A stretch of DNA of 63,790 nt, counting the filler, from Octopus bimaculoides (Eukaryota): the NCBI RefSeq assembly GCF_001194135.2. It is 9 parts of 8 records of this genome, joined end to end, with 100 filler letters (N's around TTAATTAATTAA, not from the genome) between each part and the next. Parts side by side here need not be neighbours in the genome. Positions count along the whole stretch, not along the records: positions 25,869 to 37,890 come from NC_068986.1; positions 37,991 to 45,145 come from NC_068996.1; positions 45,246 to 54,228 come from NC_068990.1; 6 more parts are not named here. One strand, written 5' to 3'. Numbering within the stretch: the first letter of the stretch is position 1; each line of letters begins with the position of its first letter. The notes beneath the pieces are model-generated. The model saw only the letters and a program-made list of their open reading frames with translations, was not told where the DNA came from and made no database searches. Both the position numbers and the translations under genes were made by a program. This document shows, in pieces, positions 37,066-51,179 of this stretch.

Positions 37066-37990
37066 TAAATAAAGCTCTGTGTCTTTATGGAGTCATTCAC
37101 CCTGTTAGAAATAATAGCTAAATCTTTATCAAACCTACTGTATTTTAACTTTGTCACGCTGTATTCCTACTACAGCAGTCATAGGCTAAATGTTATCTCT
37201 GCCGGATTCTCAGTAAAGCGTCAATGAAAACAGGTGTAGAAAACGAAGATGCAACCGATTCTGTCCATTAGCTTGCGTTAATCCAGAGGTGTATATGCGC
37301 CTATTTCATTTTTACTCAGTATTTCAGGTGGAGGGGTCCAGGTGAGACACAGGGGTCCAGGTCTGTGGACAGAATATACAATCCCGCCTTATCTACACTT
37401 GATATAAACGTGGGATGGTCACCACTAAAATGCGTTTGATCATAGGTCTGTTCGTTTACATCCTACCTAGGGTTATATAACAACAACAGCGTCAACAAGA
37501 AGAGAGGTTACGACTGCAGCAACAACAACAATGATAAACCAATGAAGCAGTGTCTGCGCCAGATAAGGGCAAACTGCTGTCTGCGAGACATTGCTAATGG
37601 CACGCCTAACAAAAACTTAACTTAATTTTTTTTTTTTTTGTAGTCTCTTTAAACCCACTGGAAAAAGCAGCCAATTTTCCCTCAAACTGCACCCAACATT
37701 TTTTTTTTTTTTAATAATGGAGGATATATGAGTGGAATCGATAAAGCTACTTCACCCCTTTTATGTTTGTCTGTCCTTGTTCGTCACCTCTTTGTAATGC
37801 CTTTATGGCAAATATTTATGAAATAAAGTAGCTTGCTTACCAACCACATGGTTCCAGGTTCAGTCCTACTGCGTAGCACCTTGGGCAAGANNNNNNNNNN
37901 NNNNNNNNNNNNNNNNNNNNNNNNNNNNNNNNNNTTAATTAATTAANNNNNNNNNNNNNNNNNNNNNNNNNNNNNNNNNNNNNNNNNNNN

Positions 37991-38039
<49 letters not shown>

Positions 38040-38290
38040 TTTTTTCTTAATATTTAGCAGGAGCAACAGAGTGACTCTTGCCCCTTGAGGCTCTCTATTG
38101 CTTCTGCTAAATATTAATAAATACATACACATGTACACACACATACCTACATGCATACATACATACATACATACATACAAACATACATACNNNNNNNNNN
38201 NNNNNNNNNNNNNNNNNNNNNNNNNNNNNNNNNNNNNNNNNNNNNNNNNNNNNNNNNNNNNNNNNNNNNNNNNNNNNNNNNNNNNNNNNN

Positions 38291-39595
<1,305 letters not shown>

Positions 39596-40204
39596 AGGTG
39601 TATTATGAGCATTTATAGAACATAGTCCTATATAAACTCCACAAAGAATTAAAGATTGAGAAGAGAAGATGTTAAAAGTTTTATAAAGTTTTAATCCATG
39701 CATACAATCATTTCAAACGGTACACTAACATGCAAGAAACATGGGAGAGATTAAATTAATTTAATCAAATTATTTTAATTTTATATCACCACTCTACTCA
39801 GAGCAAAAATGAAGGATACATCAGAAAAGTTGTAACAGAAGAAAAATTATGTTCTTACAGGAGAATGTATTGAGTCTGTGTTGCATAACTCATTTGGATA
39901 TTAATAAAAAGATTGTGAAAGATGAAATATAAAAACATGCTTAGGTATTGTTAATTCTAGTTGTATAAGATAAATAAGAACTTTTATTTTGGGTATGTAT
40001 GAGTTGCATTCCAGATGTTTTGAGACTTATTTCTTAAGAGAGGCAATTATAACCATCCTAGATTATTGCTATTTTAGTATAACTTTACTATGTACCTAAT
40101 ATGCTGACCTATCCACTTTTTTATTCCAAAGTGGAGAAAATGGCTGTAGCAACACTTTGAACACACCCTGCAAAACACCACTTGTCACAACTGACTAGTT
40201 TGTC

Positions 40205-41140
40205 GAATGCAGTCAGGACATGAAGACAGTCTGGAAGTCCTTCATGCAATAAAATTTTGCGTTAAACTGGGTAAAAACATTACAGAAACTTATGAAATGC
40301 TCCAGCCTGCTTATTGATTGTTGTTGTTGGCACTCCATCGCTTACGACGTCGAGGGTTCCAGTTGATCCGATCAATGGAACAGCCTGCTCGTGAAATTAA
40401 CGTGCAAGTGGCTGAGCACTCCACAGACACGTGTACCCTTAACGTAGTTCTCAAGGATATTCAGCGTGACATAGTGTGACAAGGCTGGCTCTTTGAAATA
40501 CAGGTACAACAGAAACAGGAAGAAAGAGTGAGAGAAAGTTGTGGTGGAAGAGTACAGCAGGGTTCGCCACCATCCCCTGCCGGAGCCTCGTGGAGCTTTA
40601 GGTGTTTTCGCTCAATAAACAGTCACAACACCCGGTCTGGGAATCAAAACCGCGATCCTATGACCGCAAGTCCGTTGCCCTAACCACTGGGCCATTGTGC
40701 TTCCATGCTTATTGATTAACGTATATGAATCAGGCATCTACTTTTCATTGGCATAAGAGGCCAGGTAAAGCAAGTCCATTAGGAAGCTCATAATGATCTC
40801 CCTTTTTTGACAGCAAGTATCATCTACCTTCCCTGGATTCCCTGTGGGCAGATGGTCAACAAAGAGTACTTTCTGAAGGTTTTGAGAGTTCTGGAAGAAA
40901 TTTCTTTGCAAAAGGTCAGAGCGCCTGTACTAGGACAATATACCAGTCTTCAGTTCTGTCCTTGTAACAAACTATTTGACAGAGATGGGCATCAAAACTG
41001 TTCCTCATTTTCCCCAGAGTCCAGATTTTGAAGGAGGTTGTGACAAGAGTTCTGGAATCCTTCCCTCTGGAGAACTTCCATGGGGGCCTTCCCAACATGG
41101 CTAGAGTACTTCAACAAATGCATTGTAGTCAGAACCTTTG
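40205..41140 (+). pseudogene. Mariner transposase relic with internal deletions, interrupted by a SINE
   Basis: AIKFCVKLGKNITETYEMLQPAY before the SINE; ASTFHWHKR after it; then GQMVNKEYFLKVLR, DNIPV..VTNYLTEMGIKTVPHFPQSPD, KEVVTRVLE..WLEYFNKCI. Confidence 0.8.
40320..40705 (-). mobile_element. tRNA-derived SINE family D with a 12-bp TSD
   Basis: Minus-strand head CAATGGCCCAGTGGTTAGGG...GGTTTTGATTCCC, (CAA)n tail; TSD TGCTTATTGATT at 40308-40319 and 40706-40717. Confidence 0.9.
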
Positions 41141-41203
41141 GAATGCACCTTATATTAGAATATCTATATCTGTATACAAATGTATGTGTAGGTGTGTGTT
41201 ATT

Positions 41204-41428
41204 TCTTTACTACCCACAAGGGGCTACACACAGAGGGGACAAACAAGGACAGACAAACGGATTTAAGTCGATTATATCAACCCCAGTGCGTAACTGGTAC
41301 TTATTTAATTAACCTCGAAAGGATGAAAGGCAAAGTCGACCTCGGCGGAATTTGAACTCAGAACATAAAGACAGACGAAATACTGCTAAGCATTTTACCC
41401 AGTGCGCTAACGTTTCTGCTCGCTCACC
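41204..41428 (-). mobile_element. SINE family A, alternative-tail subfamily
   Basis: Near-identical to 27628-27797. Confidence 0.85.
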
Positions 41429-41592
41429 GCCATGTATGCGTAGGTGTGTGTGTATATATATGTATATATATGTGTGTGTGTATGTATGTATACACACACT
41501 CACACACGCACACATGCATACATACACACACACATATATATATATTTGAAAATACTGATGCAAACAAACATACTTGGACTTGATATACATAT

Positions 41593-41643
<51 letters not shown>

Positions 41644-41732
41644 TATACACATGTAAATACATATAGCAATATATAGAGAAAGAAACAAAAATGAAAATAT
41701 TCAAAAGATGAACACTTCTGTTCATATACTCA

Positions 41733-41795
41733 GACAGGTGTATAAGTACTGAAGAAGGGTAAGACCCCGAAACCAGCTGGTATACTGGTCCTGTC
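41733..41795 (+). ncRNA. Type I hammerhead ribozyme, intact core, bipartite stem I
   Basis: GACAGG UGUAUA AGUA CUGAAGA A GGG UAAGAC CCC GAAA CCAGCUGG U A UACU GGU CCUGUC. Stem I is 4 bp + internal loop + 6 bp; stem III is the perfect palindrome ACCAGCUGGU; GUA triplet, predicted cut after 41782. Confidence 0.85.
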
Positions 41796-42021
41796 ACCAC
41801 CTGATGGGAGTTTCTACACCCTTGTTTGCAATATAACAGACAGACATTGCGTCATTAACCAGCTGGAGGAGGTGTCCTCCTAGAGTTAAGAAGGTAGTAA
41901 TATCGTTTTCTATGAAACAACCACATTCAGGTGGTAACAGCTGTTACCTTTCAGATATTTATACATTTACAGAAGAAATCTATATGGAGTACAAGAAAAA
42001 AAAAATACAGAAAACTAAGGA

Positions 42022-42036
42022 GAGAGAGAGAGAGAG

Positions 42037-42130
<94 letters not shown>
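42022..42130. repeat. (AG)n microsatellite
   Basis: Direct reading. Confidence 0.95.
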
Positions 42131-42131
<1 letters not shown>

Positions 42132-42485
42132 ATGATATTTCAGGTCGGACAGTTATTCCTGAGGGCTCAAAATTACGTAATAGTTGTAATGTTGGCAGAT
42201 GGAGAGTGCAAAAAGACAAAGATATATGATGACTACTGGATGCATATAAACATTGCTGCAAAGCTTCACCTCTATTTTGAGGGTGGAGAGATTGGCAATT
42301 ATGCATCTATATATATATATATAATTGAGTTTTTACCTGTAATTTTGGATTTTGTCCCTAATATCATTATATATATATATATATATATATAAAAACACAC
42401 ACACACACATACACAAACACATATTTATATATGTATGTATGTATCTATCTATATGTGTGTGTGTGTGTGTATATATGTATATATA

Positions 42486-42890
42486 GGCTCAGGAGTGGCT
42501 GTGTGGTAAATAGCTTGCTTACCAACCACATGGTTCTGGGTTCAGTCCCACTGCGTGGTACCTTGGGTAAGTGTCTTCTACTATAGCCTCGGGCCGACCA
42601 AAGCCTTGTGAGTGGATTTGGTAGTCCGAAACTGAAAGAAGCCCGTCGTATATATGTATATATATATATGTATATGTGTCTATATGTTGTGTATCTGTGT
42701 TTGTCCCCCCAACATCGTTTGACAACCGATGCTGGTGTGTTTATGTCCCTGTCACTTAGTGGTTTGGCAAAAGAGACCGATAGAATAAGTACTAAACTTA
42801 CAAAGAATAAGTTCTGGGGTTGATTTAATTCGACTAAAGGTGGTGCTCCAGCATGGCCGCAGTCAAATGACTGAAACAAGTAAAAGAATA
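42486..42890 (+). mobile_element. SINE family B, full-length
   Basis: GGCTCAGGAGTGGCTGTGTGG head, GGTTCAGTCCC B-box, internal TA-rich tract, TGACTGAAACAAGTAAAAGA end. Confidence 0.9.
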
Positions 42891-44003
42891 TATATACAGG
42901 TGATGATGATGATAATGATATTTATATGTATATTTATAAGTAATGTATGTATAATCTGTATGCAACTATGAATATATGTATATTCTCACTATTTCCACTC
43001 TACCTTGTCATTCCTGCTGTTATTACCATTTCGTTTCCCATTTTTGCACCTTTTTGTAAACACTCTACATAACAATAGTTTTTTATGCTTTCACCTCCTT
43101 GCTGATCCAATAATTATAGGATCTTAATTGATATGAGAACCTGGTCTTACATGTTAATAGTTAATAGCTAATAGTTCATCTTCTTCTGTTTCCCTCTTTT
43201 TCTTTATCATTTTTCTCTTTTCTAAAATCATTTTATATATTTTTGCATATACACAACTTATTGTGTGTTTGTGAGTGTGTATATTTTTTGTTTCCTTGCC
43301 GAGCTGGTTTTCCTTGAGTCTTTGCTTTTCTAGTTTCTCCTCATCCTGTTAGGTCTTGTTGCACTTGTTTTATTGATTCCTGAGGCAAAAGCAATTGCGA
43401 TTTCATCTTCTGCATAATGTATAACCGGGATGATGGCTGTTCACTTCAGAGTGGCTGATAACTAAATAACTAAAGTGCACCAAGTTATTGGTTAAGATAA
43501 CAGAGAGGTGAGAGAACCAAAGAGAGAGAGAGATGAGGTGGGGGTAAGTGAAGGGAAAGAATGAGGGACATATATACAAAAACACACACACACACACACA
43601 TGATCATCACTTAATGTCTGCTTTCCATGCTGGCATGGGTTAAATGGTTTGACAGGAACTGGTAAGTTGGGGAGCTTAAATTTAAGAATTGTAGAGTGAG
43701 GACTGCTTTTGGTACAGCCTTACAAAAGACTTGATCAAGACTTACATCAAGATTTGATGGTGAAGTAGACAGTTATGCGTCTGATGCGGATGATTTGTAC
43801 TATATCCTCATCATTGTTGTTGCCATCTTCATTGTCATCATCACAATCATCATCATTGTCATCATGATGATGACGATGATGATCATCATCATTATCACTG
43901 TCATTTTGAAGTCTACTTTTGTATGCCTGCATGTGTCAGATGGAATTAAGTAAGGCAGGTTTTCTATGGTTGGATATCCTTCTTCTCACTAACCCTCAAC
44001 TAT

Positions 44004-44159
44004 GGCACAGGAGTGGCTGTGTGGTAAGTAGCTTGCTTACCAACCACATAGTTCCAGGTTCAGTCCCACTGCATGTCACCTTGGGCAAGTGTCTTCTTCT
44101 CAGGCCGACCAAAGCCTTCTGAGTGGATTTGGTAGACGGAAACTGAAAGAAGCCAGTAG

Positions 44160-44190
<31 letters not shown>

Positions 44191-44411
44191 GTGTATGTGT
44201 GTTTGTGTGTCTGTGTTTGTCCCCCCAACATCACTTGACAACCGATGCTGGTGTGTTTACGTCCCCGTAACTTAGCGGTTCGACAAAAGAGGTTAGCAGA
44301 ATAAGTACTAGGCTTACAAAGAATAAGTCCTGGGGTCGATTTGCTCGACTAAAGGCGGTGCTCCAGCATGGCCACAGTCAAATGACTGAAACAAGGAAAA
44401 GAGTAAAAGAG
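44004..44411 (+). mobile_element. SINE family B, full-length
   Basis: Same layout as 42486-42890. Confidence 0.9.
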
Positions 44412-45050
44412 ATATGTCATGTGTTGCATATGGATGAGGACAGCTGTGTGAAAAGTGTCACACCCTAACAGTAGAGGGAACCTGTGGAAGAGGTAGACCT
44501 GGGATGAAGTGGTGAAGCATGACTCTCAAATGTTGAGCCTCACCGAGGTGATGACAAGTGACCGAGACCTTTGGAGATATGCTGTGCTTGAGAAGACCCG
44601 ACAAGCCAAGTAAGACCGTAACCATAGCCTATGCCAGTGCAGCATAATCAACCCATTTAAGACTACCCTCCAATCATTGGACAATAAACTGCGCTTGCAA
44701 AGACCTATTGAGGCAACCATTGTCATGACCGATGACAGTACCGCCTGATTGGCACTCGTGCCAGTGGTAAGTTAAAATCACCATTCGAGTGTGGTCATTG
44801 CCAGTGCCGTTTGACTGGCTCCACATGCCAGTAGCATGTAAAAAGCACCATTCGAGTGTGGTCATTGCCAGTGTTACCTGACTGGCACCCGTGCTGGTAG
44901 CATGTAAAAAGCACCCATTACACTCTCAGAGTGGTTAGCGTTAGGAAGGGCATCCAGCTATAGAAACTTTGCCAGATTGGATTGGAGACTGGTACAGCCT
45001 TCTGGCTTGCCAGCCCTCAGTCAAACCGTACAACCATGCCAGCATGATGA

Positions 45051-45052
<2 letters not shown>
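44412..45052 (+). mobile_element. RTE-clade LINE 3' end, second copy
   Basis: HMDEDSCVK..VEGTCGRGRP..DRDLWRYAVLEKTRQAK*; UTR homologous to 38822-39487. Confidence 0.85.
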
Positions 45053-45145
<93 letters not shown>

Positions 45146-45285
45146 NNNNNNNNNNNNNNNNNNNNNNNNNNNNNNNNNNNNNNNNNNNNTTAATTAATTA
45201 ANNNNNNNNNNNNNNNNNNNNNNNNNNNNNNNNNNNNNNNNNNNNATATAATCCATTATTTCTGTTTATTTTAAATTATATATGT

Positions 45286-45317
<32 letters not shown>

Positions 45318-45437
45318 ACACACACACACATGCATGTTTTCAAGTATATACACATGTATGCATATTTACGTGTATCTGCAAATGCAAAAACGAGTGCAGA
45401 AGAGTATGTTATTGCATATGTGAATCATATTACGAGC

Positions 45438-45812
45438 TAGACTTCATGAATGTTTTACATATTTTGACGCTGCTTACGACAACTAGTACTTGTAATTTTC
45501 TGATTTGGCATGTTCTGTTTACGTCCTAGCTTCTCAAGGTTGGCACTGAGACAATTAGTTACGTAACCAATTCTTTCAACAATTGAAAGTTTAAATTAAA
45601 TCTAGAGTCTGCATAGAATGACGGCAGATCTTTCATCAGTTCGGCATGAATGTTTTTTTCACTAACCTACAACATTATGCTGACATCTGCTGGGCAACTA
45701 ACTTCAACTGCAGTGCATAATTTCTTTTCACAGTCCCAAATCATTCTGTCAGGTCTGTTGTGCTTGCATTTCTATTGAAGATTGGACAGACATACTACAA
45801 GTATTCTTTCAT
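45438..45812 (-). mobile_element. Old RLE-type LINE 3' fragment (third RLE family)
   Basis: CKHNRPDRMIWDCEKKLCTAVEVSCPADVSIML*VSEK.. (PD..E endonuclease motif) and terminal RKLQVLVVSSVKICKTFMK. Confidence 0.7.
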
Positions 45813-46563
45813 AATGTGTGTACGTACGTATGTAAGCATGTATAGATAAATAAATATGTATATACTTTTATATATATATATATATATATACATACATATA
45901 TAGATATAGATATATACATATATACATATATATACATATACATATATATAGGTTTATATATATATATATATATATGGGTATACATGTGTGTGTGTGTATG
46001 TATATATATATGTATACATGTATGTATATATATAAAAGTATATGTATGTATATTGGTATATACATATACATTTATATGTATATATGTATGTATGTATTAT
46101 GTAAGCACGCGCCCGTGTGTATATGTAGAAAGAGTTAGTACAACGTAAGGCATGAGAATGTATATTAGTGAGATAGCAATGACATAATTAACTGAACAAG
46201 AGACGAGCGAGGACGAGGCGAACGGTGCACATTCTCTCATTGTATTCTGATTGGACGTATTCAGAGCCGTCACAGCTGTTCCCGCCACATATCCATCAGT
46301 GTTATCATTCTTTCGATATCTGCTTTTGTGTTTGAAACCGACTTTACGTGAATCGATTCTTCATGGATATTGATGAAGTAACATTGATGCACAGATAAAC
46401 ATGACCAATAGTTTATTTATCATATTCGCAGATGTGTGATTTTAATGTATGTATTATGTATGTATGTATGTATGTATGTATGTATGTATGTATGTATGTA
46501 TGTATGCATGCATGTATGTATGTATACATATCTATGTACATGAATATATATGCATATATACAG

Positions 46564-46603
<40 letters not shown>

Positions 46604-47654
46604 ATANNNNNNNNNNNNNNNNNNNNNNNNNNNNNNNNNNNNNNNNNNNNNNNNNNNNNNNNNNNNNNNNNNNNNNNNNNNNNNNNNNNNNNNNNNNNNN
46701 NNNNNNNNNNNNNNNNNNNNNNNNNNNNNNNNNNNNNNNNNNNNNNNNNNNNNNNNNNNNNNNNNNNNNNNNNNNNNNNNNNNNNNNNNNNNNNNNNNNN
46801 NNNNNNNNNNNNNNNNNNNNNNNNNNNNNNNNNNNNNNNNNNNNNNNNNNNNNNNNNNNNNNNNNNNNNNNNNNNNNNNNNNNNNNNNNNNNNNNNNNNN
46901 NNNNTATATATATACAAATATGCACACATAAATATGTTGATATAATGTGTGTGTGTATGCATATGTGTAGGTACATAGGGCTAAACTATGCGTGTATGCA
47001 TGCATGTGTGCATATGTGCATATATGCACATGTATATATGGGTGTATGCGCACGCATTTTTATTCCTATAACGTTATATATAAATGTATGTAATGTACGC
47101 GTATGTTGTGCATATACTTCTGTATATACGGGAGATCGTGGTGTTTAGGTGAGTTGTAGTTATTTACATTCCATTTTGAAAGTGTATAGCATTGTTGAAT
47201 GAATCGATCTCGAGGCGGCGTTGGCAGCGGCGGTGCAAACGTAGTGCGGGTACATTACTGGATGAATATTTATCTCACGTATGTGTGATAAGCAGTTAAT
47301 TATACGAATCTTTTGCAATCATCTCTGATATTACGAGTTAGTCATTATCCCTATTGACTTCATGCGAGATGAAGAAAAGAGCAGCTTTGTCGTTCATGTA
47401 TTCTCCGAGTGCATTAGTAAAACGTGGCCAGTGCACTTGGTGAAAGAATAAACGATTTTACTAGAAAAATGAAAACTAATTTTCTGTTTGTGTGGTGTGT
47501 TTCTGAAATTGCTTAAATGTTATGTCATATCGAGAAGGCTTGTTCTTTTATGAATTAGTGTACTTCAGTTAGTAAAGTCTGGGACCCGGTTTCGATCTCT
47601 CACAGCAGAGATACGTCGTTACCTTTATTTCCTGTTGTATTTATTAAGCATTAA

Positions 47655-47800
47655 TTTAATGGTTTCAAATTTTGACACACGGCCAGCAGTTTTCTGAAGG
47701 GTGGAAGAAGTCGGTTTCACCGACTCCAGACTCGACTAAATTTGAACTCAGAACGTAAAGACATACGAAACGCTGCTAAGCATTTGGCCCGTAGTGCGAC
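47655..47800 (-). mobile_element. SINE family A, degenerate with internal deletion
   Basis: TTTGAACTCAGAACGTAAAGAC B-box region plus tail. Confidence 0.6.
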
Positions 47801-48079
47801 AGTTACCGTGCGCTTGCACCTTATTACGCTTTTAATAAAAAAATGAAATAACTTGTAGTTGGTGGTTTCTTCTTATTTGCTATACAGTGTAGCTAAATCT
47901 ATCTCACATCATACCCTACTGTTTTATTAAAGAATATATTGAATAATGTAGTCTTAGATATTTTTTCCTTAAAAAACAAACAAACAAAATGAAATGGTCA
48001 CTTCGGATCACACATACATATATACATACATATATATTTATAAGTATATATCTGTATATATGTATGAGTGTGTAAGCAC

Positions 48080-48155
<76 letters not shown>

Positions 48156-48912
48156 ATATATGTGCCTAAGTATATATGCATATATATGAGTGTATAAGTG
48201 TGTGTGTATATTTATACTCAGTCAGGGGCGATCTGGATCTAAACAAAAACACTAAATGAAATACTTTCAGTTGACGACAGAAGTGACCCCAGATATAAAA
48301 ATGGCCAGATAACATCGTTCTCCCACAGAAAGACCGAACACATTGCCAAAAGTAATTTTTTTTCATTTCCTCACTTATTTCACAATTTTATGTAAGAAGT
48401 CTGATTCTTTCTCCTTAACAATGAAACACATGCAATTCTCTCAGATCGCAACGCTGTAGTATCGATAATGAATTGCTCAAGAGAAACATGTTGATCAATA
48501 TTCTTAAAGCTTAAACTTATTCACCGACCATTTCAATAACACAATAACACTAATGAGCTTCTAGTTTCTTTTAAAACCCCACGAAGGACATTGACAACAA
48601 CGTAAACTTTAACAAATATATATCAGCTGTATACGATATAGTGGGCTGTCAGATAAATTCATTCGTTTTTTTTTTTCCATTATTTACTCTAATACTTGTC
48701 TATGTTATTTGAATTAACAAGAAAATATTTTTATCGTAGTGTGTTTTTTTTTTTCGCAAGCTCTATTCCTTTATCGTTTTTGAAATTTGAATAAATTTTA
48801 CTTCTTTTCAGTCATATGACTATGGAGTTCCAAGCAGAAAAACGAAACAAAACAAAACAAAAACGAACGAATTTATCTGACAAACTAATATATGCTTAAT
48901 GTCTCTAGATAT

Positions 48913-49295
48913 GTTGTTGTTGTTGTTGGCACTCCGTCGCTTACGACGTCGAGGGTTCCAGTTGTTCCGATCAACAGAACAGCCTGCTCGTGAGATTAAC
49001 GTGCAAGTGGCTGAGCACTCCACAGACACGTGTACCTTTAACGTAGTTCTCGGGGATATTCAGCGTGATACAGTGTGACAAGGCTGACCCTTTGAAATAC
49101 AGGCACAACAGAAACAAGAAGATAGAGTGAGAGAAAGAGTACAGCAGGGTTCGCCACGATCCCCTGCCGGAGCCTCGTAGAGCTTTTAGGTGTTTTCGAT
49201 CAATAAACACTCACAACACCCGGTCTGGGAATCGAAACCGCGATCCTATGACCGCGAGTCCGCTGCCCTTTACCACTGGGCCATTGCGCCTCCAC
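48913..49295 (-). mobile_element. SINE family D, second copy with a 12-bp TSD
   Basis: Highly similar to 40320-40705; TSD GTCTCTAGATAT at 48901-48912 and 49296-49307. Confidence 0.9.
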
Positions 49296-49514
49296 GTCTC
49301 TAGATATAAACAAAAGTAAATAGAAAAATGCAGCAAAGCCCAAAACAAAACAACAACAGCAACAACAACATCAAAACAGCCTCGCTTATATTATTCTGAA
49401 AGATAAATTAGGGTTTAACACTGAAAGTAAAATAAAGAAAATGTGGTCTAGCTTTCAGAAATTTCTGGAACAGCTAAAATTAGACTTCAAACATATGCTC
49501 ATTGCAATATAATT

Positions 49515-50182
49515 CTTTCTAATTTTGGTACAAGGTTACCATTAAAAGTGGTGACCATTAATAGGTGAGGACAAGTCGATTACATCGATCTAGATACTTG
49601 ACTGGTACTTTATTTTATCGACCGAGAAAGGATGAAAGGCAAAGTTAACCTCACCGGGATTTGAGTTCAGAACGTTGAGTCAGAAGAAATGCCACTCAGT
49701 ATTTGCATTTTATCCGCCGCGCTAACGATTCTGCCAGATTACCGTCTTTTGTTTTGTTTCAAATGTTGGCACAAAACCTGTAGTTCTTTGGGGAGGGGAT
49801 AATTCGATTACATCGATCCCAGTATTTGACTGGTACCTTATTTTACCAACCCCGAACGAATGAAACGTAAAGTTTACTTCGACGAGATTTGAGCTCAGTT
49901 GGAAGAAATATCACCATGTACTTCGTCTGACGCGCTAATGCTTCCATCAGTTCATCGCCTTAATAATAATTCTTTAATTTTAGGCATAAGGCTAGCAATT
50001 TTGAGGGTAAGGGACAAGGCAATTACATCGACTCCAGAACTTGAATAATACTCTATTTTATCGACCTGAAAAGTTGAAAGGTTAAGCTGGCCTCTGTAGA
50101 ATTTGAGCTGAGAACGTAAAGAATTGGAAGAAATGCCGTTTAGCATTTCGTCTGATGCGCCAACGATTCTACTAGCTCGCCG
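49515..50182 (-). mobile_element. Cluster of three degenerate SINE family A copies
   Basis: Repeated GACTGGTAC.TTATTTTATCGAC..GAAA cores and CTAACGATTCTGCC-like heads. Confidence 0.75.
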
Positions 50183-50891
50183 CCTTGTTCGTTGCAATGT
50201 AATAAAAATATATTATTCTACGAGAAAGAAGCTGAAAAATATAAGTAACAGCTTGATCCCGCAGTTAAACTGTTCCATTATTCTTGATCACGAGTTCAGA
50301 GGTGGCGTCCGAAACACTGAACACACCATGATACAACAGCATTTTAAGCAACTCCATTAACATAGAGAATACACACAAAATAGACGGTCGCAAATTGACA
50401 ATAGAAAAGAATGGCAGAATCAGATTTTATATCATCTATAAAAAAAGATAGATAAAATATTGTAAATGTTACCCTGGGGACTCTTCAAGATATGCATACA
50501 TATTTTAGACAATTCATTTGCAAATACCGTCTAAGTTTCTTATGCAGCAGCCATCTTCCAAAGATCCCCCAAGAGTGCATAATAACTGATATGCATAAGA
50601 GATGAAGCGAGGGGATTTGAAAAAAAAAAGAACAAAGAGAAAACAAGGAAAAAGAAATTACTAGCCTATTTCTCAAGATCCACATATCAACAGAACTACG
50701 GAGCAATTTGCCAGAATAAAACTGATAAGATTTTTTCACAGAACATTAAAACAGCTGCGTGAAAGATAACAGACTTACTGATGCAGGAGTGGATATTAAA
50801 GCAGCTTCTCACTTATTCCAGGGGAGAATCTATGAGCCAGGATCTTTAGAAAGAATTTTAATTTTACAGTAGCGTGATGTATCATAGTGTC

Positions 50892-51157
50892 GGTGCGTGG
50901 CCTAGTGGGTAGGGGTGTTGCACTCACGATCAATAGAAAGTGGTTTCGATTCCTGGGTCAAGAGATGCGTTGTGTTCTGCAGCAAAGCACTTCATTTTAC
51001 GCTGCTACACTACGCTCAGCTGTAAATGAGTAACCCTGAGACGGAATGGCGTCCCGTTCAGGGGTTAATATTGTGGTCTTAGCCACTCATACGCCATGGA
51101 AAATGGGTAACTGGCACTGTAAACTAGAACTCGAGACAATAATGTCTATGGCTTGAT
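50892..51157 (+). mobile_element. SINE family C with a V-domain-like segment and (ATT)n tail
   Basis: GCGTGGCCTAGTGG A-box, GGTTTCGATTCC B-box; AACCCTGAGACGGAATGGCGTCCCGTTCAGGGG resembles the V-SINE domain (from recall). Confidence 0.65.
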
Positions 51158-51179
51158 TATTATTATTATTATTATTATA

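Noticed and set aside
46098-46420. Possible solo LTR or promoter (TGTAAG start, CTGATTGG)
   Set aside because: No TSD, second copy or defined CA end could be found.
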